DNA of 63,809 nt, the filler included, from Myxococcota bacterium (GTDB lineage: Bacteria; Myxococcota; Myxococcia; Myxococcales; Myxococcaceae): NCBI GenBank assembly GCA_049322255.1. It is 5 parts of 5 records of this genome, joined end to end, with 100 filler letters (N's around TTAATTAATTAA, not from the genome) between each part and the next. Parts side by side here need not be neighbours in the genome. Positions count along the whole stretch, not along the records: positions 1 to 13,710 come from JBMORE010000111.1; 4 more parts are not named here. The stretch is one strand, 5' to 3'. Under the pieces are notes generated by a model, which worked only from the letters and a program-made list of their open reading frames with translations, made no database searches and was not told the DNA's origin. The translations under genes and the position numbers were made by a program. This document shows positions 1 through 11,100 of the stretch, one piece after another (the stretch's first letter is position 1; every line of letters begins with the position of its first letter).

Positions 1-1403
1 TCTTCGAGATCCTCTCCTACGACGAGCTGAACATGGTCGCCGCTTACGGCGGCTTTCCCAACCGCTACCCCCATTGGCGCTGGGGCATGGAGTACGAGCA
101 GCTCTCCAAGGGCTACGAGTACGGGCTGTCGAAGATCTACGAGCTCGTCATCAACAACAACCCCTGCTACGCGTACCTGCTCGAGTCGAACGCCGAGGTG
201 GACCAGAAGCTGGTGATGGCCCACGTTTACGGGCACTGCGACTTCTTCAAGAACAACTTCTCCTTCGCCCATACCAACCGCCGCATGATGGACGAGATGG
301 GCAACCACGCCACCCGCGTGCGCCGCTGGGTGGACAAGGTCGGCCTGGACAAGGTGGAGGACTTCATCGACCGCGCGCTGTCGCTGGAAAACCTCATCGA
401 CCAGCACTCGCCGTTCATCAAGCGAGCCCCCGACCCCAAGCGGGCAAAGGAGGAGCTCGACAGCAACGAGCGCATCGAAGGCTTCAAGGTCGACCGCGAG
501 TACATGCGCGGCTACGTCAACCCCGCTGAGTTCTTGGAGTCACAGCGCAAGAAGGTGGAGGACGAGAAGGCGCGCCTCAAGAAGTTCCCCGAGCGGGCGC
601 AGCGCGACGTGCTCGCCTTCCTCCTCGACCACGCGCCCTTGGAGCCCTGGGAGCTCGACGTCCTCTCCATCGTGCGCGAGGAGGCGTACTACTTCGCTCC
701 CCAGGGCCAGACGAAGATCATGAACGAGGGCTGGGCCAGCTACTGGCACTCGACGATCATGACCACCCGCGCCCTCAAAGATCACGAGATCGTCGACTAC
801 GCCGATCACCACTCGGGCACCATGGGCACCCGCCCGGGAGCGCTCAACCCCTACAAGCTGGGCATCGAGCTCTTTCGCGACATCGAAGACCGGTGGAACA
901 AGGGCCGTTTCGGCAAGGAGTGGGACGAGTGCGACGATTTGCGCGCCCGCCGCACCTGGGACAAGAAGCTGGGCGCCGGCCGCGAGAAGATTTTCGAGGT
1001 GCGCAAGCACTACAACGACGTCACCTTCATCGACACCTTCCTCACCCCTGAGTTCGCCATCGACCAGAAGCTGTTCGTCTACGGCTTCAACGAGAAACGA
1101 AACTCGTGGGAGATTCTCGACCGCGAATTCCGCAAGGTGAAGGCGAAGCTGTTGCAACAGCTGACCAACTTCGGGCAGCCGGTCATCGAGGTGATCGACG
1201 GAAACTTCGAGAACCGAAGCGAGCTGCTCCTCTCTCACCGGCACGACGGGCAAGATCTCAAGGCAGACTACGCGCGGGAAACCTTGAAGAATCTAGGCAC
1301 CCTGTGGCGCCGGCCGGTGAACCTCGTCACCAAGTCGGAGGGAAAAGGCTTGATGCTGCGGTACGACGGACAGAGCCACTCGGAGAAGAAAGTGGAGCTG
1401 TAG
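1..1403 (+). CDS. spoVR: SpoVR family protein (5' end lies before the window)
   Basis: Frame open from window start ([28 protein letters not shown]); SpoVR motifs [50 protein letters not shown]. Confidence 0.93.
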   Translation, partial: FEILSYDELNMVAAYGGFPNRYPHWRWGMEYEQLSKGYEYGLSKIYELVINNNPCYAYLLESNAEVDQKLVMAHVYGHCDFFKNNFSFAHTNRRMMDEMGNHATRVRRWVDKVGLDKVEDFIDRALSLENLIDQHSPFIKRAPDPKRAKEELDSNERIEGFKVDREYMRGYVNPAEFLESQRKKVEDEKARLKKFPERAQRDVLAFLLDHAPLEPWELDVLSIVREEAYYFAPQGQTKIMNEGWASYWHSTIMTTRALKDHEIVDYADHHSGTMGTRPGALNPYKLGIELFRDIEDRWNKGRFGKEWDECDDLRARRTWDKKLGAGREKIFEVRKHYNDVTFIDTFLTPEFAIDQKLFVYGFNEKRNSWEILDREFRKVKAKLLQQLTNFGQPVIEVIDGNFENRSELLLSHRHDGQDLKADYARETLKNLGTLWRRPVNLVTKSEGKGLMLRYDGQSHSEKKVEL

Positions 1404-1420
1404 GCTCGCTCCGACCTCCT

Positions 1421-1969
1421 ATGAAGCCCCGTATCGAGACGGCGGAGGTTCTTTCGTTCAGGCTCAAGGTGCCTCCGGAGGAGATTCGGCGCCTGCCCCA
1501 GCAAGTCCGTGAGCTGCGGCTGACCGTTGATACCGATGAGGGAGATTTCATGGTTTCGGTGGAGGATGCCGACAGCTACCTGCGCTTTCGCCCCATCGGC
1601 GCCGAGGCGATGCTCACCGAAATCTTCCTCAACAACGACGAGCGCGGCCACTTCTTCCAGAACGTCCTGGGCGCCTTGATGGTGCGCTTCGGAGGCGACC
1701 TTCATATCCGCCTGGCTTGGAACACCCCCGAGCGCAACGCCCACGGTGACTTCACCGAGGTGCTCATCGCCCGCGGCGTCACCACTTACCCCGGCCTGAC
1801 CAACCTCCTCTCCGCGTCTCCTCCGACCGTGGGCAGCGAGGGGCAAGTGGCGGTGGAGGCAGAAGAGGTGGAAACGACCACCCCGCTGGAAAAAGAGGTG
1901 CGCGAGCTGCTCGCCAAGGCCCGCGCCGACTGGGACGAGTACCAGCGGCTGAAGCGACGGAAGGAGTAA
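1421..1969 (+). CDS. hypothetical protein (182 aa)
   Basis: ATG 17 nt after spoVR stop (MKPRIETAEVLSFRLK...), coding-like composition; no recognised motif. Confidence 0.75.
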   Translation: MKPRIETAEVLSFRLKVPPEEIRRLPQQVRELRLTVDTDEGDFMVSVEDADSYLRFRPIGAEAMLTEIFLNNDERGHFFQNVLGALMVRFGGDLHIRLAWNTPERNAHGDFTEVLIARGVTTYPGLTNLLSASPPTVGSEGQVAVEAEEVETTTPLEKEVRELLAKARADWDEYQRLKRRKE

Positions 1970-2101
1970 GGTCTAAAAGGACTACTTAGGGCTTGACGGG
2001 ACGGAAAGACTCACCGTCAGTTCCGGGTAGTCAGCTTCTTACATTGAAGCGGAGTCCTGCCTTCGTTCACACTTCGGGTTTGTCTTGAGGAGGGGCCTCC
2101 C

Positions 2102-5100
2102 ATGGACACCAAAAGACGCAGCGGGCGGCGGTGGCTCCTGGTTGTATTCGCCGCCGTTGGCACTCTCGCCGCCTGCCAGCGCAAGCCAGCCAAGCCGCCT
2201 GGGGAACTCGAAATTGGACCGGGTGGGGCTGTGCTTGCGGCTGCATCGGCGCTCCCTGGCTCTTCCCCGACAGCCCAACTTGTCGTCCCGAAGAGCGCGC
2301 TGGAGGCGAAAACTCGCATCACCGCTCGGGAGCTTCCTCACCCAATTCCGGGCGCTGTCGGGCCTGTCGTCGAGATGGGGCCGCACGGCATGCAGTTTCA
2401 AGAGCCGGTGCGCATTCGCTTCAAGCCGGACACGACGAAATTTCCTCGAGGGGTGGCGCCCAGCAGCTTGCGGGTAGCGACGCTGGCCGGCGGCAAGTGG
2501 CGGCTTTTGCCGACGTCGTTCCCAGAGCCCGGCGTCATCGAAGGCGAGACGACTCACTTCAGCCTCTTTGGCCTGGTGTCTCCCTGCCTCGTCAGCGGGA
2601 TTGGCGTGGACTTCCCCCTAGCCAACTGCCCGAACCTCAACCCGAGGATTCAAGCCTCCGCCCCGGTGGCGCTGTGGGCAATGGGCGGCAGGCAGACGTT
2701 GCTCATCGCCGTCGAGGCAGCTCCCGGCGCCTCGGCCTCGAGCGTCACGCTCACTATCTCCGGCCTTCGGCCCAGTTTGACGTACCACCTATTGCGGGAC
2801 GGCCAGGGGCCTCCTGTCGCGGTGCTGGCGGATGCCTCGGGGCAGCTGCAGACTTCCGAGAGTACGGCGGGCCGCCGTTACTTGGTGTTGATGGCGACGC
2901 ACGGCAGCATCGACCTCGATGCCTCCAGCTGCGTGCCTCCGCTGGGCATCTGGACTTCGGCGACCTCCACCTGTGCCCTGACGCAGGACGTGACGGCCCC
3001 GCCCATCTACATCCAGCAAGACGGCCTCACCCTCGACTGCAAAAACCCCGTCACGGGCCAAAACCACACCATTGGTGGCGCCACCCGCCAGTCTGCGGGC
3101 GTCTCGGTCATCACGCGTACGAACGTCAAGGTGCGCAACTGCAACATCACCAACGTCGACTTCGGGTTTTTGGCGTCGGTGGCGCACGGGCTGTTCATTT
3201 CAAAGGTCGATGTCTCGGCGCCTCCCAGCGCGCCGGGAGATGTCGCCTTCTCGCTGCACGGCAATGGCATCACCGTCCAGGACAGCAGCGTCGACGGCTT
3301 CGACTTCGGCGTCCGGACCGACAACATGGACGCGCTGACGCTGAAAAACACCACCTTCAAGACACTCTCGACGGCCACGGAGCTGGCCTTCGTCACCAAC
3401 CTTTTCCTCGAGGACGTCTCCGTCGACGGCTCGCTGTTCGCCCCAGGGGCGTCTGCTCCAGTGGGGGCCGTCATCCTCGACAACTCTCCGGGCGCCACCC
3501 TCAAGCGTGTGTCCGTCACGCAGGCCTCGGCGTTCGATAGCGCCATCGCCGCCGTTTTCGACTCCGATGCCACAGTGGAGGCGGCTTTCGTCTCGGGCGC
3601 AAACAGAGGCATTCGACTGGATGGCCCGGGGCCAAGCCGGGTGGAGTCCAGCACCCTCACCAGCAACCAGGAAGGCTTGGTGCTTCTGGGCGGCACCACC
3701 GTCGTCTTCCACAACAACCTCTTCGGCAACAGCACTCGGCAGGTGTACGCCGCGGGCGCCATCGAGCTGTCCGACACCCGGGCCGCCTCGCCGACGTTCC
3801 AGCAAGGCAACTATTGGGGGCGCTCCTGTCCGGGGACGCTTTTCTTGGCTGGCGTCGACTCCAGCCGCGCCGATGTCGTCGACAGCTACCCCTACGGACA
3901 AGCATCCGCGTGGACGGCGGGCGGGACGCCCGGCTGCACCTCTCCTCCGGTATTGGCCGCGCCCCTCCTCACTTCGCCAACTCCGGGTGCCCTGCTGGCC
4001 ACGGCGACGCCGACGTTTGCCGGGACAGCAGCCGCTGGAGCCACCGTCGAAGTGCGCGAGGGTGGAGTCACCCACGGAAGCGCAACGGCGGACTCCGCGG
4101 GGCGATTCGAAGTCGTCCCCACGGTGTCCCTTTCCGAAGGGGCGCACACCGTCGTCGCCAAGGCGTCGCTGGGTGGGGCGGTGTCGGCTGACTCGGCGCC
4201 GCTGACATTCACCATCGACACCCTCGCCCCCTCCGCGCCTGTCCTCGTCTTTCCCACCCCCGGCATAACCCTTGCCGAGTCTTCGCTTTTGGGGGTGGGG
4301 ACTGCCGAGGCGAATGCCCGCGTGCACCTCGAGGAGGGCGCCGCGCTGTTGGTGGATGGAATGGCCGATGCCGCAGGGCAATTCTCCCTTCGAGTCCCCT
4401 GGCTTGCGGCCGGTGCACACACCCTCATTGCCCGGGCCACGGACGCCGCGGGAAATACCTCGCCCGCAAGCGCACCTGTCAGCTTCACGGTGACGAGGGC
4501 GCCGACGGGTGTTGCCGGCCACTTGAAGCTGACGTCGGTGTACGACGCACCGGACGCCTTCGAGCCCAACGCGGGCGAAAGCAATACCCTGCATCTCGAA
4601 GGTACGATGACGAAGCCCAGCGGCGGAGGCGCCTCCACGTACTTCCTGCTTCTTGCGCGCCGGGTGTACTCGCAGGCGACGGGCGCCCTCGTCCGGACGC
4701 TTTCTGCACAACAGCAACTGACTTTTGGCTCCGGCAACTCCCCCGCCGCCTTCAGCCACGACATTGGCTGGGACGGCAAAGACACCCAGGGCGTGGTGGT
4801 GCCGCAGGGAGTCTATGCCTCCGTCACCACGATGCGCGCGGTGAGACAGAGGGCGGGCGGTGGCAACAGCAGCGGCTGCCTGTCGACGACTTCGACGGGA
4901 GGCTGCGTCTTCGACGAAGTGGACGTCGTCACCACGGTGATGCTGGTGGCGACGCCTGTTGTCCTTCGCCCTCCGGCCGCGGCGCCGGGGACAAGTCTCA
5001 TCGAGGTGGCGCAAGCAGTCGTGCCCACCGCCCAAGGCGTCCTCATCATCCCCGAGAGCGCCTTCCGGGCGGCGCTCGCTTCGGGACACCCTGCACCGGC

Positions 5101-8100
5101 GGATGACGCCGCCAAGTCGCTGGCGGTCGATGTGGCCGGGAAGGGCAACGACTCCGCGGCGCTCGGCTGGGTGGGGGCGCTACACACCGTGGGAGGGCCG
5201 CAAAGCTTCAGCGGCCAAGTCTTCATCGTGGCGCGAAACCCGAAGACTTCCGGGGCCGGGCGCTTCGTGGAGACGGATGACTACTTCGTCGCCGGGGTGA
5301 AGCTTTCTGGAAGCGCGCCGTGGATTGGCGCCGTCGAAGGCGTGGCGGTGAGTAGCATCGGGCCCGCGCCAGCTTCCGGGTGCTGTGGAGAGCCGAAGAA
5401 GTGCGCGCAAACCAGTCCGGGCGGGCCGGGAGGGTGCGGGCCCGCAGGGCTTTGCCTCTCCTATGACACGAAAGAGGTGCTGCCGGGAGGTGTGCCCCAG
5501 GGACCAACGGAGTTGGCGTTCTACGGCTCTCCCGAAGCCAGTGGCACCATTCCGTCCCTCAGCTACTCATGCCTGGCCAAAGTCTTTCCGTTGTGCGCCC
5601 AGGCGCAGCCGCTGTGCGACCCGGCTGACTACCTGACGCCCGGAAATGGCGGGGGTGGTGGAGGCAGCCAAGCCTGTGGCCCCGCCGAGCCGCGCATCGC
5701 GCCTCCATTGGGTCCCCCGGTGGCTGACTCATGCAAGTACGGGCTGTGGGAAGACCCTCCTCCTGAGTGCGGTGGGTGGAGCCCCAACTTCGGAGCGCTG
5801 ACGTGGAGCGCCAGCGGGCTGCCTCCCAGTTGCGCGTTGATGCAAACCATCGAGGGCTCCGAACTCTGCAACCCCCACAGCGCGGAGCTGAGGGAAGCCA
5901 GAAACTTTCAAATGAAGTTCAACGTCCTGACGAGCGGCTGCGCCGGCCAGGCGGGGTTGGTCAGCAGCCAACTCGGGGGAAAGTGCTGCGGCGCCAACTG
6001 CGTCTGCGGGGAGGTCGCGCTCGGACAGAAAGGCACTGCGACTGTAAAGGCCGACGTCTGCACCGAGTGCGACAACACGGGAGCGACAGGACAGTGCAGG
6101 GAGTTTGCGGAGAGGGTGTGGTTCGACTCGAACCTGGCGGCGAATGATACCGGCGACGGAACAACAGTAGAAGTCCTCTGCCATTGCCATTGGGTCGACG
6201 AGCAATGCATATGCCAGGGTACCGACTGCGCTGGCGTGACTTGTCCGGCCAAGCCGGTCGTAACAAATGAGGTCTCGCCGGTTCCGGATGAGCAAGGGCT
6301 GAACACCGGTACTCCGCCTGAGCCAGAAGCTCCACCCGAAACCAATCCAAGCCAAGTAGCGCAAAAAGGTCCCGGAGGCGCTGGCGACCCAATTCTTCTT
6401 GGGGACGGCAGCTTCGACATCCAGCAAACTGACCTGTCTTTCGATGGACCAGTGCGTCCCCTGGAATTCCGACGGGCGTACAACTCACGCGGCGGGGGCC
6501 GAAGCACGCTCGGAAGCAACTGGACCCATAACTGGGACGTCCGGCTCGTCGTGCTGCGCGAGGGCATCGCACCTTCGTGGGTGCCCGCCTACTGCTTCGG
6601 AACGCGGCTGGAGCCTACGTGTCTGTTGCTGCACGAGGGAGATCGAGGACCCCAACTCTTCTACTCCGAATACGGAACGGGGCTCTTCCTGCCTCAAGCC
6701 GGGAGCACAGACACTGTCGCCGTCGTCAAGCCGCAGGGCGGCTGGGCGCTGCGCCGTGCTGATGGCTCGATGCTTCTTTTCGATGCCGACGGCTACCTCC
6801 GGCAGGACAGAGACCGCTTCGGCAACGGGTTTACCATCGACTACGAGAAGACGCCGCTGGGCGAGTTGTATGCGCACCACTGCGCCGAGTCGGAGGTGTA
6901 CTCGGACAAGTGCGCTGTCTTGGCGTACCTTGTGGGCGATGGCGCACGGCCCGATGCCGTCTCGCCGGCCTGGCAAGTCACCGCCTCCACCTACCCGATT
7001 TCAAGTTTGCTGGATTCGGCCGTTCAGCAGCGGCTTCTCTACGCCCGCGAGTACTTTCTCGCCTTGCTGCGGACGGGCCCGCGCGTCCGCCAAGCTTTCG
7101 GCGCCCACGCCCAGCGGCCAAGCCAGATACGCGACGACACCGGCAGGACTCTCCAATTCACCTACTACCAGGCCCCGTCGGCGAGCTTCTTCTCCAGCCA
7201 AGGCATCGAGGGGATGCCGCACGTCGAGCTGCTCCATGAGGTGCGGGGGCCCGCCGGTACGAAGGCCGAGTTTTCCTACAGGAAGCCGGCCAACCATCCC
7301 CCTCTGCTCGGCGAGCAGTTCCTCGTTAAGGTGACGCGGCAAGACTCTCCGTCGGCGAGCCACGTCGACATCCTCGCGGCGCCGGCTCGGACCATCGACT
7401 TCGCCTACCAGTGGCCAGAGAATTCCGCACCGTCGTACTCACCTCAAAACGAGCAGGACGTCTACAGCCGCTACCTCGACTACTACGCCACCTTCCGCGG
7501 CTGCGCGTACACGACGCAGCCCGGCCCCTGCGCCAAGGGGACACCGCAACTCACCATCCTGCCTGGAAACCCGGCACTCCTGGCGCGGGAGGCCGCCAAC
7601 GAGTACGTCTCCGACGTCGCCGACAACATCATCCAGGTGACGACGTCCGGCAAAGTCGAGTCGGAGACTCGCTACGACGCCGACCCCTTCTCCATCGAAT
7701 TCGACCGCGTGTTGGCCCAGCGCTACGGCGCCAGCCAAGCGACACAGGACGTGACGAAGCTGCCGCCGGATGTCTTGGCCTTCAACTGGCAGAGCCAGCT
7801 GCCGCGGATGGTGATGGAGTACCGGCCCGCAGGCATCGCCTCCGGAGGCGACGAGACGGACGCGCTCCTTCCCGCCGCCATCAAGAGTCGCTACCCCGTG
7901 GAGGATGGCTCGAATTTCCACCCGCCGGAGTTCCATGCGGGGCCGAATACTGCCTCCAGCTTGGCCTGCCGCTTCGACTTGGTCGACGTACGACGGAAGC
8001 TGCTCCCGGGCTACCGGAAGTCGCTCCTCTACTTCGAGGCGGCGTCAATGCCCGGTCCCGATGATGGATTGAAACGGTCGGCGCTCTCTTGCGAGGCGCT

Positions 8101-11100
8101 GGCCTTCGCCCAGGTGGCCGACCCGACGCACAACGAGCTCGTCAGCAAGATAGAGGCAGACTCCTCGACCAGCGATAAGAGGGATGCGCTGGTTTCTCGC
8201 GTCATCGGTGGACGCAAGCGAATCGCCAAGGACGCAAACCGCATCTGTGCCTGGAGCAAGGTCATCGACCGCGATGGAGATACCCGCTACTTCGGCCTTA
8301 ACTACCGCGGACAAGTGCTGGTCGATGCGCTCGCGGAACGCAGCGGCGGCTACCTCTTCAAGGAACGCGTCTACAACGCCGACGGGAATGTCATTCAGGA
8401 CAGGCGCCCCACGCGCGCGCCGTCGTGGAGCGCGACCGAGGGCTACACAAGCTTCGAGTACCACGACAATGAAACCGGGTTCGTCATCGACATGACCAAG
8501 TTGACGTACCCCTTCTGGGTGCGCCGCCAGCACCTGCTGCGAGTCGAGGAGCGCCCCAAGGGCGGCTCGGTGACGGATGTCGCCGAGGGGCCCGCGCTGG
8601 CGGTGGGCCAAAGCGTGGGACGTTTCCAGCAGTACAGCTACGAGCCCTTCTTCCAGCAAGTCCTCTCGTTCCAAGAAGGAGCGCTGGGGCCGCAGTCGTC
8701 CACCATCCACCGAAGCGTCGTCTACGACTACGACTACCAGGAACTGGACCCCGACGCGCCCCTGGGAGACTCGAAGTCGCTCTTGCCGGTGTACTTGGCG
8801 CTGGCGCCCTTCGGTTTTGCCTCGCTGCCGGCAGTGCCCTTCGCCAAGGTAGACCTCAACGGAGACGGGGTGCTGGGCTTTGCGCACCCTCCTGGCTTAG
8901 AGCACCTCAAGGCCCGCGGCGCGGTGGTGCGCGTCACCCAGCGGCAAACCCCGACTTCGTCCGACAGCCTCGTCTACACCTATACGTGGGCACCGCACGG
9001 GCAGCCTGCCAGCATCAAAGGCCCGGACGGCAGCACCGTCCGCTTCGACTATTACTCGCTGGCCGCGCCGTATGGGAATGCAGCACCTCCCGCGTCAGCC
9101 GATGTCTCTTCTTCCAACCGAGGTTTCCTCGGGCGAATTCAGGTGCGCAGGCTGGATGAAAGCTACCCGCTCGCCTATGGGCCATCTGCGGCGCCCTGCC
9201 AGGGACTCCGAGGGCCGTACCAATGGGTGCTGAGTGGAAACTGCTCTTCGCCGTCGACGGAGTTGGCCGGCTTGGGGCTGCACCAGGCGGCCATCGACCA
9301 AATACTCGCTGCCTCGGGGGCTGCGGGGGCCTCCGAAGCGCTGACGACGGCCTTCAGCTACTCGGTGCTGGGGAAGGTGCGCCACACCTGGCTTCCCACC
9401 GGGACGATGCACGCGGTGCGCGACGCCGACGGCCGGGAGAGAGTCGTCACCGATGTGCTGGGCAACCAGACGGAGCATCAGTACGACGTCTACGGCTTCG
9501 CCATCCGTACGCTTCGAAAAGACGAGCTGGGAAACCCGTTGGGGGACACCGAGCGCCGCTTCGATGACGAAGGACAGTTGCTTTTCGAGTGCACCGAAAC
9601 CGAAGCAGGCGGGTGTAACGGGACTCTCGCTTCGCCCAACGGAGTCGCCTCCGAATACGCCTACACCCCGGAGGGGCAGCTTTTCCAAGCCAAGGACAGC
9701 GAAGGCCTCGTTACCCAGCACTCCTACGACGAGAGGAAGCTGCCGAGCCAAACCACGCTGCGGCCCTCGTCGGCCACGGCAGCCAGCCGGAGGGTTGCGT
9801 ACGCCTACAACGACGACGGCAACATCGAGCGCGTCGAGTACGGGCTGTCTTCAGCGCAGCCGCTCGAGCGGCTGGAAGAATTTTTCGTCTACGACGGCCT
9901 GCGGCGGCTGAAGGAGTACGCCGACAAGCGCGGCTACCGCTGGCAGCTGGGTTACTCCAGCCGGGACGTCCTTTCGAGGTATAAGCAGGACGCGGCGGCC
10001 TATGGCTTTCCGGGCGGTGCGCCGGCGTGGGAGACGTACCTCGCGTATGACGTCTTCGGGCGCCTGGTGGAAAGGGGGGACAACGGCCTTTCCACGACGA
10101 AGTACTCCTTGACGAAGGAGGGGCGCGTCTTCGCCGTCGAAGCCACTGGTTTGGCGAAGTCCTTCACCACCTATGACTTCCAGGGGCGGCCGTTGTGGAG
10201 TGTGGACGGGGCGGGCAACCAGAGTCTCTACACGTGGCGCCCGGCGCCGCACATCGAGACGGAAAGCAGCATTCGCATCGACGACACGGGCGCACGGGTA
10301 GCGACAAGCCTCGTCCGCACGTTGAATGCCCTCGGGCACCCGCTGGAGGAAACCGAAGGAGGCGGGGCGCAGACGCGCGCGTGGGTTTTCCGGCGTACTG
10401 CTGCGGGGTTTGTCCGGGAGGTAGTCAACCCCGAGGGCTTCCTCACCCAAGTGACGCGCAACTTCCTGGGCTGGCCGAAGGAGGTGAGGGAGGAGTCCTC
10501 TTCCGCGCCGGGCGGCTTCGAGATAGCGACGTACGAGTACGACTCCCGCGGGCAGGCGAAGCGGGTGGTGGACCCAAGCGGGTACGTCACCCAGATATTC
10601 CGCGACGAGTTGGGCGACGTGCGAAGGCGGGTGGTGGAGGGAAGCCCGACGGTGGACGTCTTTTTCGACTACGACAGCTTGGGGAGGCTGTCGAAGCGGA
10701 CGAGTGGCGTCTCCACCATTGGCTTCGAGTACGACGTCCGGGGCGACGCGGTGGTGGAGAAGCTGCTTCCCGGCGGGCAACTGTTGTCGGAGAGGGCCTT
10801 CGACACGTTGGGCCGAGTCGTCAGCGCCTCCAACTACAACCCCGCCCTCTCCTGGCTGGCGGAAGGCGCCCGGACGGTGCGCCAGACTCTCTCCTACGAC
10901 GGCTTAGGAAGGGTGGCGACAGACGGTTTGCGGGTAGGCGGTGGTGCGTTGAGAGAGGTTTCCTCCGCCTGGAGCCTCTCGGCACAAAACACCTGGCAGC
11001 GGCAAAACGGCTACCTCCTGCCGGGCCCCTTCGCCTCGTCCAGCTGGACGCAGCACTTCGATGGGGTGGGCCGGCTGTCGGAAATGGACGTGCTGGGGCG

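Noticed and set aside
1970..2101. Riboswitch upstream of the Rhs gene
   Set aside because: Only a short TGACGG/CCGTCA stem; no recognisable riboswitch consensus
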